From Candidatus Latescibacterota bacterium (GTDB lineage: Bacteria > Latescibacterota > UBA2968): a DNA stretch of 64,000 bases. The stretch spans positions 7,632 through 71,631 of the forward strand of contig JAJEHL010000039.1 in assembly GCA_022823725.1 (NCBI GenBank). The letters are read 5' to 3'. The stretch's first letter is position 1. Each line of letters begins with the position of its first letter. This document shows, piece after piece, positions 17,501 through 27,165 of the stretch. The notes beneath the pieces were generated by a model that saw only the letters and a program-made list of their open reading frames with translations, was not told the DNA's origin and ran no database searches. The translations under genes were made by a program, and so were the position numbers.

Positions 17501-18172
17501 ATGGCAGAGCAGCACGAACTCAACACCCAGATATCTCTTCCGCTTTCCAAAGCAGTTGAGATCAGCTTTAATAGCGTTAAGATCCGATTTGGTCGGTCTT
17601 TGATTACGGTGAGTGGCATTGTGCTTGCCATCGCTTTTTTAATGTCGATTTGGGCAGGCAATGCCATTATTGACGGTTTGATGGCTGCCAGCGATCCTAA
17701 AATTAACCTGATCTTGCAGCAAAAGGGCGTTGAAATTGATCCCGATAGTGCCGCAGCGATCCAGCAACGGTCAAAAGATGCCTGGCTGGTGGTGTTGTCG
17801 CTGCTCGTGTGTTTGGTGGGTATTGCCAATGCCATGCTTATGTCTGTTACCGAGCGGTTCCGCGAGATTGGTACCATGAAGTGTATGGGCGCATTGGACG
17901 GATTTATTATTAAGCTATTTATTCTCGAATCGACGTTTATGGGTGCAGCGGGCACGGTTATTGGCGTGGTCGTTGGGTTTTTGTTGACAGCATTGCTCAA
18001 TATGTCGAGTTTTGGCACGGTGATTTTCGATCATCTTCCCATGGTTCAAATCCTTCAAGATGGTGTTAAAGCTATTGTCATTGGTTCTTTTTTGTCGCTG
18101 ATTGGTGGCATTTTGCCGGCCTATCGCGCTGCCAAGATGGAGCCGGTTGATGCGATGTCTTTGGAAGTGTAA
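17501..18172 (+). CDS. ABC transporter permease, short FtsX-like (4 TM, no large periplasmic domain)
   Basis: There is an N-terminal TM helix, and the C-terminal ...MSVTERFREIGTMKCMGALDGFIIKLFILES...ILPAYRAAKMEPVDAM is the FtsX/MacB/LolCE signature region. Confidence 0.8.
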   Translation: MAEQHELNTQISLPLSKAVEISFNSVKIRFGRSLITVSGIVLAIAFLMSIWAGNAIIDGLMAASDPKINLILQQKGVEIDPDSAAAIQQRSKDAWLVVLSLLVCLVGIANAMLMSVTERFREIGTMKCMGALDGFIIKLFILESTFMGAAGTVIGVVVGFLLTALLNMSSFGTVIFDHLPMVQILQDGVKAIVIGSFLSLIGGILPAYRAAKMEPVDAMSLEV

Positions 18173-18198
18173 ATGACAAACCGATTGTGAGGTGTTTT

Positions 18199-18969
18199 AT
18201 GGCTGCCGAAGAAAAAACAGAAACAAATGCAGAGGCCGAAGAAGCGACAGTTGTACGCACACAAGATGTGAAAAAGGTGTACATAATGGGCGAGGAGCAG
18301 ATTCACGCACTCAAAGGTGTGGATCTGGAAGTGACGCAGGGCGAATACCTGTCCATCATGGGACCTTCTGGTTCGGGAAAGAGTACTTTGTTTAATATGG
18401 TGGGGGGATTGGATAAGCCGACAGAGGGCAAGGTTTATATCGATGACGTAGATGTCGCCCAACTCGACGCTTATGAACTCGCGTGGTTGCGCTGCCGAAA
18501 GATCGGTTATATTTTTCAATCTTATAATTTGATTCCGGTGATGACAGCGCTTGAGAATGTGACCTTGCCGATGGTGTTTGCCGGGCTGACGAGCGACGAG
18601 GCGCGCGACAAGGGTGTAGACTTGTTGACGCAGGTCGGTCTGGGCGAGCGCGTGATGCACAAGCCTTTTGAGCTTTCGGGCGGTCAGCAGCAGCGCGTGG
18701 CTGTTGCGCGGGCTTTTGCCAACGATCCGGCGATCATTTTGGCTGACGAGCCGACTGGGAATCTCGATTTGAATACGGGGCGGGAGATTATTGAGTTGTT
18801 GCGCCAGATGAACGAAGAGTCGGGTGTGACTGTGATTTCAGCGACGCACGATCACAAGATGCTGTCGGTGTCCGACCGCGTGGTGTGGGTGCGCGATGGT
18901 CGCGTAGATCGCATTATTGATCGCGACGAGTTGAAGATTGAGGTGGGCACGATTGACGGCCATGAATAA
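18199..18969 (+). CDS. ABC transporter ATP-binding protein (MacB/LolD-type)
   Basis: Walker A GPSGSGKST, Q-loop, ABC signature LSGGQQQRVAVARA and Walker B IILADEPTGNLD are all present. Confidence 0.9.
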   Translation: MAAEEKTETNAEAEEATVVRTQDVKKVYIMGEEQIHALKGVDLEVTQGEYLSIMGPSGSGKSTLFNMVGGLDKPTEGKVYIDDVDVAQLDAYELAWLRCRKIGYIFQSYNLIPVMTALENVTLPMVFAGLTSDEARDKGVDLLTQVGLGERVMHKPFELSGGQQQRVAVARAFANDPAIILADEPTGNLDLNTGREIIELLRQMNEESGVTVISATHDHKMLSVSDRVVWVRDGRVDRIIDRDELKIEVGTIDGHE

Positions 18970-18995
18970 CTTCCTTCTTGACACTGTTTTAGAAT

Positions 18996-19025
18996 TTGTT
19001 ATCTTTGGCGCGTCTGATATATAAC
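18996..19025 (+). promoter_or_regulatory. candidate sigma70-type promoter for trp leader/operon (-35 TTGTTA, -10 TATAAC, 18-nt spacer)
   Basis: Hexamers read from the sequence about 8-25 nt upstream of the leader RBS AAGGAA (19034-19039). The match is weak and has not been checked against any model. Confidence 0.25.
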
Positions 19026-19048
19026 TCTCGTTTAAGGAATTTGGTGTG

Positions 19049-19153
19049 ATGAACGCTTTTGCAACCTACTTCTGGTATTTTTGGCGTCGATTTGACGGCC
19101 GATATTATTATTATCGCCGCCTGTCCAAGAGTGTGGTTTGTCCTGCGTTTTAA
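19049..19153 (+). CDS. candidate trp-operon leader peptide, 34 aa, aromatic-rich (MNAFATYFWYFWRRFDGRYYYYRRLSKSVVCPAF)
   Basis: An ATG with RBS AAGGAA 9 nt upstream opens a 34-codon ORF containing 2 Trp, 4 consecutive Tyr (TAT x4) and 4 Phe codons. It lies about 25 nt upstream of a terminator hairpin and about 110 nt upstream of trpE. Confidence 0.5.
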   Translation: MNAFATYFWYFWRRFDGRYYYYRRLSKSVVCPAF

Positions 19154-19178
19154 GTGTGATGTAAGTGAATGAAAGTAC

Positions 19179-19215
19179 GAGGTCGTGGGCAAACTGCTCA
19201 CGACCTTTTTTTTTC
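19179..19215 (+). terminator. intrinsic terminator / attenuator hairpin (GAGGTCGTG-loop-CACGACCT followed by T9)
   Basis: The inverted repeat aggtcgtg...cacgacct with an 11-nt loop is followed by ttttttttt. It lies between the leader peptide stop and the trpE RBS. Confidence 0.6.
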
Positions 19216-19262
19216 TGCCTTTCATCTGCGTCCATCTGCGGATTTGACTTAAGGATTTTTTA

Positions 19263-20738
19263 GTGATTCAACCCGATCTCAAAACTGTCGAGAAGCTGAG
19301 CGAAGGCTGTGGTCTCGTTCCCATCTCAAGAGAACTGCTCGCGGATACAGAGACGCCCGTTTCGGCTTATTTGAAAATTCGCGCAAAGTCGTCTCATGCG
19401 TTTTTATTTGAAAGCGTGGTGGGCGGCGAGCAGATTGGGCGGTATTCGTTTTTGGGCGTGGATCCGTTTTTGGTTTTTCGTTCGCGCGGAACAAAAATTT
19501 CGATTGAACAGGCGACAACGGGTGAGTTGAGAATATTTGATGGGGAGCCTGTTGAGGTATTGCGAGGGTTGTTAAAAAAATACCACTCGCAACACATGGA
19601 AGGGTTTCCTCGATTTACGGGCGGTGCTGTGGGCTACGTGAGTTATGATGCCGTGCGTTTGATTGAGCGCATCCCCGAGACGGTTGAAGACGATCTCGAT
19701 ATAGACGATATATTTTTCTCATTTTACGATTCGGTGCTGGCATTTGACAATGTGACGCACAAAGTGCATGTGATGGCCAATGTGCATACAGAGGGCGATT
19801 TGAAGGCGAATTACGCAGATGCAGTCAAACGAATTGATGGACTGATTGAGCTACTGGCGCAACCTGCGGATACATCCTTAAAGCCAGGGACGAGTTCGTG
19901 CGCGGTGACCTCAAATACGAGCAAAGAAGCGTATATGGATGTGGTGGCGCGTTGCAGGGAGTACATCGTGGCGGGTGATATTTTTCAGGTGGTACCTTCG
20001 CAGCGTTTTGCAATGGATGTGACGGTTGATGCGCTGGATATTTATCGGGCGTTGCGGACGGTGAATCCGTCGCCTTATATGTTTCACGTCGATTTGATAG
20101 ACCATCAACTCGTGGGCGCGTCGCCCGAGTTGCTCGTCCGGGTAGAAGATGGGGTGGTGCAGGTGCGCCCCATTGCGGGAACGCGGTGGCGGGGTAAAAC
20201 AGAGGCAGAGGATCAGGTGCTGGCACAGGAGTTGTTGGCAGATGAAAAAGAATGTGCCGAGCATATTATGCTGGTGGATTTGGGACGCAATGATGTGGGG
20301 CGCGTCTCAAGGTTTGATACGGTGCGCGTGACCGAGCAGATGACGATTGAACGCTATTCGCATGTGATGCATATCGTTTCGAATGTGCGCGGTGAATTGC
20401 ACGAGGATGTCGATGCGCTGGACGCGCTTTTTGCCTGTTATCCGGCTGGTACGGTGTCGGGCGCGCCAAAAATTCGGGCAATGGAGATTATCGACGAGAT
20501 GGAGCCAACGCGTCGCGGGCCTTATGCCGGTGCGGTGGGTTATATCGATTTTGCGGGCAATATGGATACGTGTATTGCCATTCGCACGATGGTGATTAAG
20601 GAAGGCAAAGCGTATGTGCAGGCAGGGGGGGGCGTGGTGTTTGATTCAGAGCCGGGATACGAATATCAGGAGACCGTGAACAAAGCACGGGCACTGTTTC
20701 GGGCGGTAGAAATGGCTGAAGGAGGAGAGTTGTTGTGA
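19263..20738 (+). CDS. trpE: anthranilate synthase component I
   Basis: 491 aa with a chorismate-binding enzyme fold and conserved TrpE blocks (...[16 protein letters not shown]..., ...[12 protein letters not shown]..., ...[20 protein letters not shown]...). GTG start with AAGGA RBS. Confidence 0.9.
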   Translation: MIQPDLKTVEKLSEGCGLVPISRELLADTETPVSAYLKIRAKSSHAFLFESVVGGEQIGRYSFLGVDPFLVFRSRGTKISIEQATTGELRIFDGEPVEVLRGLLKKYHSQHMEGFPRFTGGAVGYVSYDAVRLIERIPETVEDDLDIDDIFFSFYDSVLAFDNVTHKVHVMANVHTEGDLKANYADAVKRIDGLIELLAQPADTSLKPGTSSCAVTSNTSKEAYMDVVARCREYIVAGDIFQVVPSQRFAMDVTVDALDIYRALRTVNPSPYMFHVDLIDHQLVGASPELLVRVEDGVVQVRPIAGTRWRGKTEAEDQVLAQELLADEKECAEHIMLVDLGRNDVGRVSRFDTVRVTEQMTIERYSHVMHIVSNVRGELHEDVDALDALFACYPAGTVSGAPKIRAMEIIDEMEPTRRGPYAGAVGYIDFAGNMDTCIAIRTMVIKEGKAYVQAGGGVVFDSEPGYEYQETVNKARALFRAVEMAEGGELL

Positions 20739-21298
20739 TTCTCGTCATTGATAATTACGATTCTTTTACTTATAACCTCGTTCAATATCTCGGGGAACTG
20801 GGTGCGGATTTGGTGGTCTATCGCAATGATCAAATTTCACTTGAAGAGATTGATGATATGGCACCTGAGAAGATCGTGATTTCCCCGGGGCCATGCACGC
20901 CAAATGAGGCGGGAATTTCCGTGGCTCTGGTGCAGCATTTTGCGGGAAAGATTCCTATTTTAGGGGTTTGTCTGGGGCATCAGTCCATTGGGCAGGCATT
21001 TGGCGGGAAAATTGTGGGCGCGCCGACGATTATGCACGGGAAGGTGTCGGAGATTCATCATAGAGGGGAGTCTATTTTTGAGGGATTACCCGAGCCGTTT
21101 ATTGCTACGCGCTATCACTCTTTGATAGTGGAGAGAGATAGCCTTCCCGATTGTCTGGAGATTACGGCTGAGACCGATGATGGCGTGATTATGGGGTTGC
21201 GCCATCGAGATATGGCGGTGGATGGCGTACAGTTTCATCCCGAATCGATTTTGACAGGTGAAGGCAAGAATTTGTTGCAAAACTTTCTCGATACATGA
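20735..21298 (+). CDS. trpG: anthranilate synthase component II (glutamine amidotransferase)
   Basis: [23 protein letters not shown]...[11 protein letters not shown]...HPESIL is a class I GATase with the Cys-His-Glu triad. It overlaps trpE by 4 nt. Confidence 0.9.
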   Translation: MILVIDNYDSFTYNLVQYLGELGADLVVYRNDQISLEEIDDMAPEKIVISPGPCTPNEAGISVALVQHFAGKIPILGVCLGHQSIGQAFGGKIVGAPTIMHGKVSEIHHRGESIFEGLPEPFIATRYHSLIVERDSLPDCLEITAETDDGVIMGLRHRDMAVDGVQFHPESILTGEGKNLLQNFLDT

Positions 21299-21314
21299 TT
21301 TGTGAGCTGAGGAG

Positions 21315-22334
21315 ATGAGTATGAACATACAAGAGGCAATTGCAAAAGTGATTGAAGGTGCAGATTTGAGCCGGGATGAGATGGCGGATGCGATGACTCA
21401 GATTATGTCGGGCGAGGCGACGGACGCGCAGATCGGCGCGTTTTTGATTGCGTTGCGCGTGAAGGGCGAGTGTGTTGATGAGATTGCCGGGGCCGCGTCT
21501 GTGATGCGCGAGAAGGCGACGCCGATTGTGACAAAGCACGATGTGATTGTCGATACCTGTGGCACGGGGGGCGATCATTCGGGCACGTTTAATATTTCGA
21601 CAACGGCGGCATTTGTCGCGGCTGGGGCGGGTTTGTGTGTGGCAAAACACGGCAATCGCGCGGCGACGAGCCAAAGTGGTAGCGCGGATGTGCTGGGTGC
21701 ATTGGGTGTGAATATTGAGGCATCGCCCGAGACGGTGAGCAGGTGTCTGGACGATGTGGGTATCGGGTTTTTGTTTGCCATTTCGTTGCATGGGGCGATG
21801 AAATACGCGATTGGGCCGCGTCGGGAAATTGGTGCGCGGACAATTTTCAATGCGCTGGGGCCACTGAGCAATCCGGCGGGTGCAACGCGGCAGGTGGTCG
21901 GTGTGTACAGCGCGGCATTGATCGAGACACTTGCAGGTGTTTTGGGGAATCTGGGGGCGGAGCGCGCGTTTGTCGTTCACGGTTCGGATGGTTTGGATGA
22001 GATGACGTTGACGGGACTGACGAGGGTGAGCGAATTGAAGAATGGCTCAGTTTCGACGTATGACGTATCACCCGGGGACTTTGGGTTGGCGCAGGCTTCA
22101 GCCGATGCGTTAAAAGGTGGAGATGCCGATTATAATGCAGAGATTACGCGGTCGATTTTGAATGGCGAAGAAGGTCCTCGGCGCGATATTGTGTTGTTGA
22201 ATGCGGCGGCGGCGATTGTGGCGGGCGATAAGGCGCGTGATCTAAATGAAGGCGTGCAGGTCGCGGCTGAAGTGATTGATTCGGGTAAGGCGTTGGAGAA
22301 GTTGGAGGGGTTGGTCGCGGCGAGTCGGGAATGA
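21315..22334 (+). CDS. trpD: anthranilate phosphoribosyltransferase
   Basis: ...DTCGTGGDHSGTFNISTTAAFVAAGAGLCVAKHGNRAATSQSGSADVLGALG... is the TrpD signature. Confidence 0.9.
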   Translation: MSMNIQEAIAKVIEGADLSRDEMADAMTQIMSGEATDAQIGAFLIALRVKGECVDEIAGAASVMREKATPIVTKHDVIVDTCGTGGDHSGTFNISTTAAFVAAGAGLCVAKHGNRAATSQSGSADVLGALGVNIEASPETVSRCLDDVGIGFLFAISLHGAMKYAIGPRREIGARTIFNALGPLSNPAGATRQVVGVYSAALIETLAGVLGNLGAERAFVVHGSDGLDEMTLTGLTRVSELKNGSVSTYDVSPGDFGLAQASADALKGGDADYNAEITRSILNGEEGPRRDIVLLNAAAAIVAGDKARDLNEGVQVAAEVIDSGKALEKLEGLVAASRE

Positions 22335-22357
22335 TTTTGGAGATGGAGTGACGTAAA

Positions 22358-23422
22358 ATGTCTCTTTCGGTAGGTGTTGCTGGTTTGCGATTTGGCATGT
22401 CCTGGGCGCAGGTGTTTGATGCGTATGCCGAGACTGAGTTGGTCGCTGTTTGTGATGTTCAGGAGGAGAGCCTTAGCCAGGCAAAAGAGCGGTTGGGTGT
22501 CGATGCCTGTTATACAGCTTTTGACGATCTGGTCGCTGATGAACGGATTGATGCGGTGGCTATTTTTACTCCCGCACCGCTTCATGCAGAACAGGTGATT
22601 CGAGCGATTCGGGCCGGTAAGCACGTTTTGTGTGCTGTCCCCGCTGCGCTGACTATGGATGAGGCAAAGGCATTGGTCGAGGCCGTTTCAAATAGTGACC
22701 GCATTTATATGATGGCTGAGAATTGGGTCTATGAACCCAGTGTGGTGCGTGCGAAGTCGCTTTATGAAGCGCAAAAATTGGGGCGTATTTACTATGCCGA
22801 GGCCGAGTATATTCACGGTCTAAAAGCGTTGAGACGACATCCCGATGGGCGTCCTACCTGGCGGAATAGTTTGCAACCCCTTCTTTATCCGACACATGGG
22901 ACGTCGCCGTATTTGAATATGACGGGCGATCGTTTGGTTGAGGTCATGGCTGTTTCGGCATCAGGGCGAGATGAATTTTTAGGGGGGTATGAAGCAGATT
23001 GGGTGCAGACGGCTTTGTTCCGAACGGAAGCAGGCGCGGTGTTCAGGTTGACCAATTCGTTTCAGAATGTGCATGGGATGAGCCATTTCTTGAGCTTTTA
23101 TGGCGATGAGGGGTCTTTTGAGACGGGGCGATTTCGCGAAGCAAGAACGGTGTGTTATTATTCGGTGGGAAATAAAGAGCAGGTGACGCGCGAAGAATGC
23201 CACCACCCCGAATTATCCCAGTTTTCGGACGCACTCGGTGCAGGGCATGGCAAAACGAGTATGCTCATTGTTCTGGATTTTGTGCGGGCGATTGTGAATG
23301 GGTCGCCATCGCCGATAGATTTGATGCAGGCGCTGGATATGACACTGCCCGGTATTGCGGGATTGCAGGCGGTGCGCGAAAATGGATGGGTGTCTGTTCC
23401 CGATCCGCGGTCTTGGCTTTAG
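22358..23422 (+). CDS. Gfo/Idh/MocA-family NAD(P)-dependent oxidoreductase
   Basis: The N-terminal Rossmann region (LSVGVAGLRFGMSWAQVF...VAVCDVQEESLSQAKERLG...) and ...AIRAGKHVLCAVP... are typical of Gfo/Idh/MocA. It is inserted between trpD and trpC. Confidence 0.75.
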   Translation: MSLSVGVAGLRFGMSWAQVFDAYAETELVAVCDVQEESLSQAKERLGVDACYTAFDDLVADERIDAVAIFTPAPLHAEQVIRAIRAGKHVLCAVPAALTMDEAKALVEAVSNSDRIYMMAENWVYEPSVVRAKSLYEAQKLGRIYYAEAEYIHGLKALRRHPDGRPTWRNSLQPLLYPTHGTSPYLNMTGDRLVEVMAVSASGRDEFLGGYEADWVQTALFRTEAGAVFRLTNSFQNVHGMSHFLSFYGDEGSFETGRFREARTVCYYSVGNKEQVTREECHHPELSQFSDALGAGHGKTSMLIVLDFVRAIVNGSPSPIDLMQALDMTLPGIAGLQAVRENGWVSVPDPRSWL

Positions 23423-23447
23423 CTCTGTCTGAGGATGGTGGGATTTT

Positions 23448-24242
23448 ATGGCCGGTAATATTCTCGACAAAATTGTGGCGTATAAACGCGAGTTTCTCGC
23501 CAGGTGTATGGCGCAGATGCCGTTTGAAGAGATGGCGCGATTGGCAGAAGATGCGCGAGAACCGCCTTCATTTTTTGATGGGCTGATAGATGGGGACGAT
23601 ATTGCTGTGATCGCCGAGGTCAAAAAGGCATCGCCGTCTAAGGGCGTGATCCGCGGGGATTTTGATGCGGTGGATATTGCGAAGGTTTATGTGGAAAATG
23701 GGGCTTCGGCGCTTTCGGTATTGACGGATGAGAAATTTTTTCAGGGGTCGGCAGATTATTTGACTCAGATTTCAACCGTTGTTGATCGGCCCATTTTGCG
23801 CAAGGATTTTACTATTGATCCCTATCAAATTTATGAAGCGCGCGCGATTGGAGCTTCGGCTGTGTTGTTGATTGTGTCGATTTTGACGCCTGGAGAATTG
23901 TCCTCATTTATAGCGACGAGTCGGGCATTGGGGCTGGATGCGCTGGTAGAGGTACACGAGAGAGAGGAACTGATGGTCGCGCTCGATGCGGGTGCGGAGA
24001 TTGTGGGGATTAACAATCGGAATTTGAAAACTTTTGATACGTCTCTGGATACGACTTATGGGTTGATAGATCACATCCCTGATGACGTGTTGACGGTGAG
24101 TGAGAGCGGTATTTATACGCGCGAGGATGTTGTCGCGCTTCGAGATGCGGGTGCAGATGCCGTGCTGGTGGGCGAGAGTTTGATGCGCGAATCGGATATT
24201 GCCGCCAAGTTGCAGGAGCTGATGGGATATGGTGCGAGCTAA
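23448..24242 (+). CDS. trpC: indole-3-glycerol phosphate synthase
   Basis: ...IAEVKKASPSKGVIRGDFDAVDIAKVY...GASALSVLTDEKFFQGS... is the IGPS signature. Confidence 0.9.
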   Translation: MAGNILDKIVAYKREFLARCMAQMPFEEMARLAEDAREPPSFFDGLIDGDDIAVIAEVKKASPSKGVIRGDFDAVDIAKVYVENGASALSVLTDEKFFQGSADYLTQISTVVDRPILRKDFTIDPYQIYEARAIGASAVLLIVSILTPGELSSFIATSRALGLDALVEVHEREELMVALDAGAEIVGINNRNLKTFDTSLDTTYGLIDHIPDDVLTVSESGIYTREDVVALRDAGADAVLVGESLMRESDIAAKLQELMGYGAS

Positions 24243-24837
24243 AATTTGCGGTGTTACAAATCGGGATGATGCGCTGTGCGCGATTGATAATGGCGCAGAT
24301 GCTCTGGGGTTTAATTTTTACGAGAAGAGTCTTCGCTATATCGCACCCGAGAAAGCTGGAGAAATTGTTTTTGATTTGCCGCCGTTTGTGACGCCCGTAG
24401 GGATATTCGTGAATGCATCGGAGCGAGAAATTGATATTGCCGTGAAGTTGGCGGGGCTGCGGGCGATTCAATTGCACGGGGATGAACCTCCCGAAGCATG
24501 TCTGAGGCATGCGGTTCCTGTGATTCGCGCGCTTCGCGTGGGACGCGATTTTGATGTGCATACCATGGGATCGTATCTGGTCAATACCTTCTTATTGGAT
24601 GCAGAGAAAGCGGGGTCTTACGGCGGTACGGGAGAGACATTTGACTGGACAAAGGCGATGGAAGCAAAAAGGTATGGGCGCATTATTCTTGCCGGTGGTT
24701 TAAATCCGGATAATGTTCAGGAGGCGATTGAGCAAGTTGGCCCCTATGCGGTGGATACGAGTAGTGGTGTGGAAGCCGAGCCAGGGAAGAAGGATCACAA
24801 AAAAGTACGAGATTTTTTGGCGCGTGTAAAGGCGTAA
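24229..24837 (+). CDS. trpF: phosphoribosylanthranilate isomerase
   Basis: MVRAKICGVTNRDDALCAIDNGADALGFNFYEKSLRYI... is the PRAI fold. It overlaps trpC by 14 nt. Confidence 0.88.
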   Translation: MVRAKICGVTNRDDALCAIDNGADALGFNFYEKSLRYIAPEKAGEIVFDLPPFVTPVGIFVNASEREIDIAVKLAGLRAIQLHGDEPPEACLRHAVPVIRALRVGRDFDVHTMGSYLVNTFLLDAEKAGSYGGTGETFDWTKAMEAKRYGRIILAGGLNPDNVQEAIEQVGPYAVDTSSGVEAEPGKKDHKKVRDFLARVKA

Positions 24838-24853
24838 ATATGGAGATAAAAAC

Positions 24854-26116
24854 GTGGATGTATTAGACGATTTGGCATTTCGTGGCTATATTTTTCAGAT
24901 GACAGATGAAGATAAGCTCCGCAGGCGTTTGGCAGAGGGACGGATGACACTGTATTGCGGATTTGACCCCACTGCCGATAGTCTGCATGCGGGCAGCCTG
25001 GTTCCCCTTATGGGATTGCGTCGCTTTCAAGATGCGGGGCACAAGCCCATTGCACTTGTGGGCGGGGGCACGGGGTTGATTGGCGATCCGAGTGGGAAAG
25101 CAGAAGAGCGACAGTTGAATTCACTGGAGGTGGTGCAGGCATATACAGAGCGTCAGCGCGCGCAATTGGAAAAGTATCTGGATTTTGAGACCGGGCACAA
25201 TCAGGCTCTGATGGTGAGCAATTATACCTGGCTTTCAGAGTTGCGTACGATTGAATTTTTACGCGATGTGGGCAAACACTTTTCAATGGGGTATATGCTG
25301 GGCAAAGAGTCGGTGTCGTCGCGTCTTTCGACCGGGATTTCGTTTACCGAATTTAGTTATATGGTTTTGCAGGCTTATGACTTTATGGAGTTGAATCGGG
25401 AGTATGGTTGTGAGCTTCAGATCGGAGGTAGCGATCAGTGGGGCAATATTACGGCAGGGATAGAGTTGTGTCGGCGCATGCTCAATAAGACTGTCTATGG
25501 GTTGACTTTTCCGTTGTTGGAAAAGTCTGATGGGACAAAGTTTGGCAAGACAGAGACGGGAACGTTATGGCTCGATCCCGAAAAGACATCGCCCTATCAA
25601 TTTTATCAGTTTTGGGTGAATGCAGCAGATCGCGATGTGGTGAAATTTTTAAAGTTGTTCACTTTTTTGAGCCGCGAACGCATAGAGGAGTTGGAACGAG
25701 AGGTGGAGGCACGGCCCGAGAAGCGCGAGGCGCAGCGCGTGCTGGCCGAAGAGGTGACGACTTTTATCCACGGTGTGGCCGCAAAGAATCGCGCCGTGCA
25801 TATTTCCGAGGCGTTGTTTTATGGCAATTTGCAGGATTTGAATGAACAGGAGGTCGCAGAGGGATTTAGCGATGTGCCATCTTACGCGCTCAATGGTGGC
25901 GATGAAGTGGGGTTGATCGATTTGCTCGTGGATGCACAAATTTCATCGTCCAGACGACAGGCGCGCGAAGATATCAGGACCGGTGCCATTTATATTAATG
26001 GTCAAAGGTGTACAGATATGGGCCATATTTTAGAGCCATCTGAAAGACTGGCTGGAAAATATCTGGTGATGCGCCGCGGTAAACGCCGCTACTTTTTGGT
26101 GAGTTGGTCGGTGTGA
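24854..26116 (+). CDS. tyrS: tyrosyl-tRNA synthetase
   Basis: The HIGH-type region ...LYCGFDPTADSLHAGSLVPLMGL... and the KMSKS-type KFGKTETG are present, with a C-terminal S4-like domain. GTG start. Confidence 0.88.
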   Translation: MDVLDDLAFRGYIFQMTDEDKLRRRLAEGRMTLYCGFDPTADSLHAGSLVPLMGLRRFQDAGHKPIALVGGGTGLIGDPSGKAEERQLNSLEVVQAYTERQRAQLEKYLDFETGHNQALMVSNYTWLSELRTIEFLRDVGKHFSMGYMLGKESVSSRLSTGISFTEFSYMVLQAYDFMELNREYGCELQIGGSDQWGNITAGIELCRRMLNKTVYGLTFPLLEKSDGTKFGKTETGTLWLDPEKTSPYQFYQFWVNAADRDVVKFLKLFTFLSRERIEELEREVEARPEKREAQRVLAEEVTTFIHGVAAKNRAVHISEALFYGNLQDLNEQEVAEGFSDVPSYALNGGDEVGLIDLLVDAQISSSRRQAREDIRTGAIYINGQRCTDMGHILEPSERLAGKYLVMRRGKRRYFLVSWSV

Positions 26117-26174
26117 CTGGGCAGGTGCATGTAGATTTTTTACTAACTACTTAATTCCAAAGAAAGGATTTTTT

Positions 26175-27152
26175 ATGAAAGCACCCTGGATTACCTACCG
26201 CCCGGAACTCAAGGTACTCGATTGTACGATCCGAGACGGCGGTTTGATGAATGACCATCATTTTGATGATGATTTTGTGAAAGCCGTGTATGAAACATGT
26301 GTCGCGGCGGGTGTTGACTATATGGAAATTGGGTACCGAAACTCCAAGGAGATGTTCCCCAAAGAAGATTTTGGTGCATTCCGCCACAGCGATGAAGAGG
26401 ATATTCGCAAAATTACCGGGGATCACGATCCCGAAGCAACGGGGATGAAACTCGCTATTATGGCCGATGCTGGCAAGAGCGATTGGGCCAAAGATATTTT
26501 GCCATCCGGCGAGAGCGTGGTCGATATGGTGCGCGTGGCGTGTTACGTCGATCAGATTCCCGAGACCGTTGAAATGTTGCTCGATGCCCATGAAAAGGGA
26601 TATGAAACGAGTTGTAATATTATGGCGATTTCGACTGTGCAAGATGTCGAGATTGATCAGGCATTAGAAGTGTTGATGCAAACTCCTGTGGGTACGATTT
26701 GCGTTGTGGATAGTTTCGGCGCCCTGTACCGCGAGCAGGTTGATATGCTTGTGCGAAAATACATGGACGCGACCAAAGGCTCGGGCAAAGAGGTGGGCAT
26801 TCACGCGCACAACAATCAGCAACTGGCATTTGCCAATACCATTGAGGCCATTATTCTGGGGGCCAACCGAATCGATGCCACTGTGGATGGATTGGGTCGC
26901 GGTGCGGGCAATTGTCCCATGGAATTGTTGCTCGGTTTTTTGCGGAATCCCAAGTTTAAGATCCGCCCTGTCTATAAGTTGCTGGAAGAGCATTTTGTCA
27001 AGTTGCGCCGCGAAATGGCGTGGGGGCCTCTGGTGCCCTATAACATCACGGGCCAGCACAACCAGCATCCCCGCGAGGCTATGGCATTGCTCGATGGTGA
27101 TGACCGCGAGCAGTATCTGGCGTTTTACGACCGCGTGGTTGGAGATGTTTAA
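26175..27152 (+). CDS. DRE-TIM metallolyase, DmpG/BphI-like (4-hydroxy-2-oxovalerate aldolase family) without adjacent DmpF-type dehydrogenase
   Basis: ...[12 protein letters not shown]..., ...[10 protein letters not shown]..., ...[45 protein letters not shown]... match the metal-binding DRE-TIM motifs of DmpG-like aldolases. It lies between tyrS and trpB. Confidence 0.65.
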   Translation: MKAPWITYRPELKVLDCTIRDGGLMNDHHFDDDFVKAVYETCVAAGVDYMEIGYRNSKEMFPKEDFGAFRHSDEEDIRKITGDHDPEATGMKLAIMADAGKSDWAKDILPSGESVVDMVRVACYVDQIPETVEMLLDAHEKGYETSCNIMAISTVQDVEIDQALEVLMQTPVGTICVVDSFGALYREQVDMLVRKYMDATKGSGKEVGIHAHNNQQLAFANTIEAIILGANRIDATVDGLGRGAGNCPMELLLGFLRNPKFKIRPVYKLLEEHFVKLRREMAWGPLVPYNITGQHNQHPREAMALLDGDDREQYLAFYDRVVGDV

Positions 27153-27165
27153 GGGGATATACAAT

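Noticed and set aside
17224-18018. 264-aa minus-strand ORF
   Set aside because: It is fully antisense to the well-supported FtsX-like permease gene (17501-18172) and runs into the GT2 gene. Its composition is low-complexity, so it is a spurious antisense ORF.
21189-21980. 263-aa minus-strand ORF
   Set aside because: It is antisense to trpG/trpD and is Arg/His-rich low-complexity.
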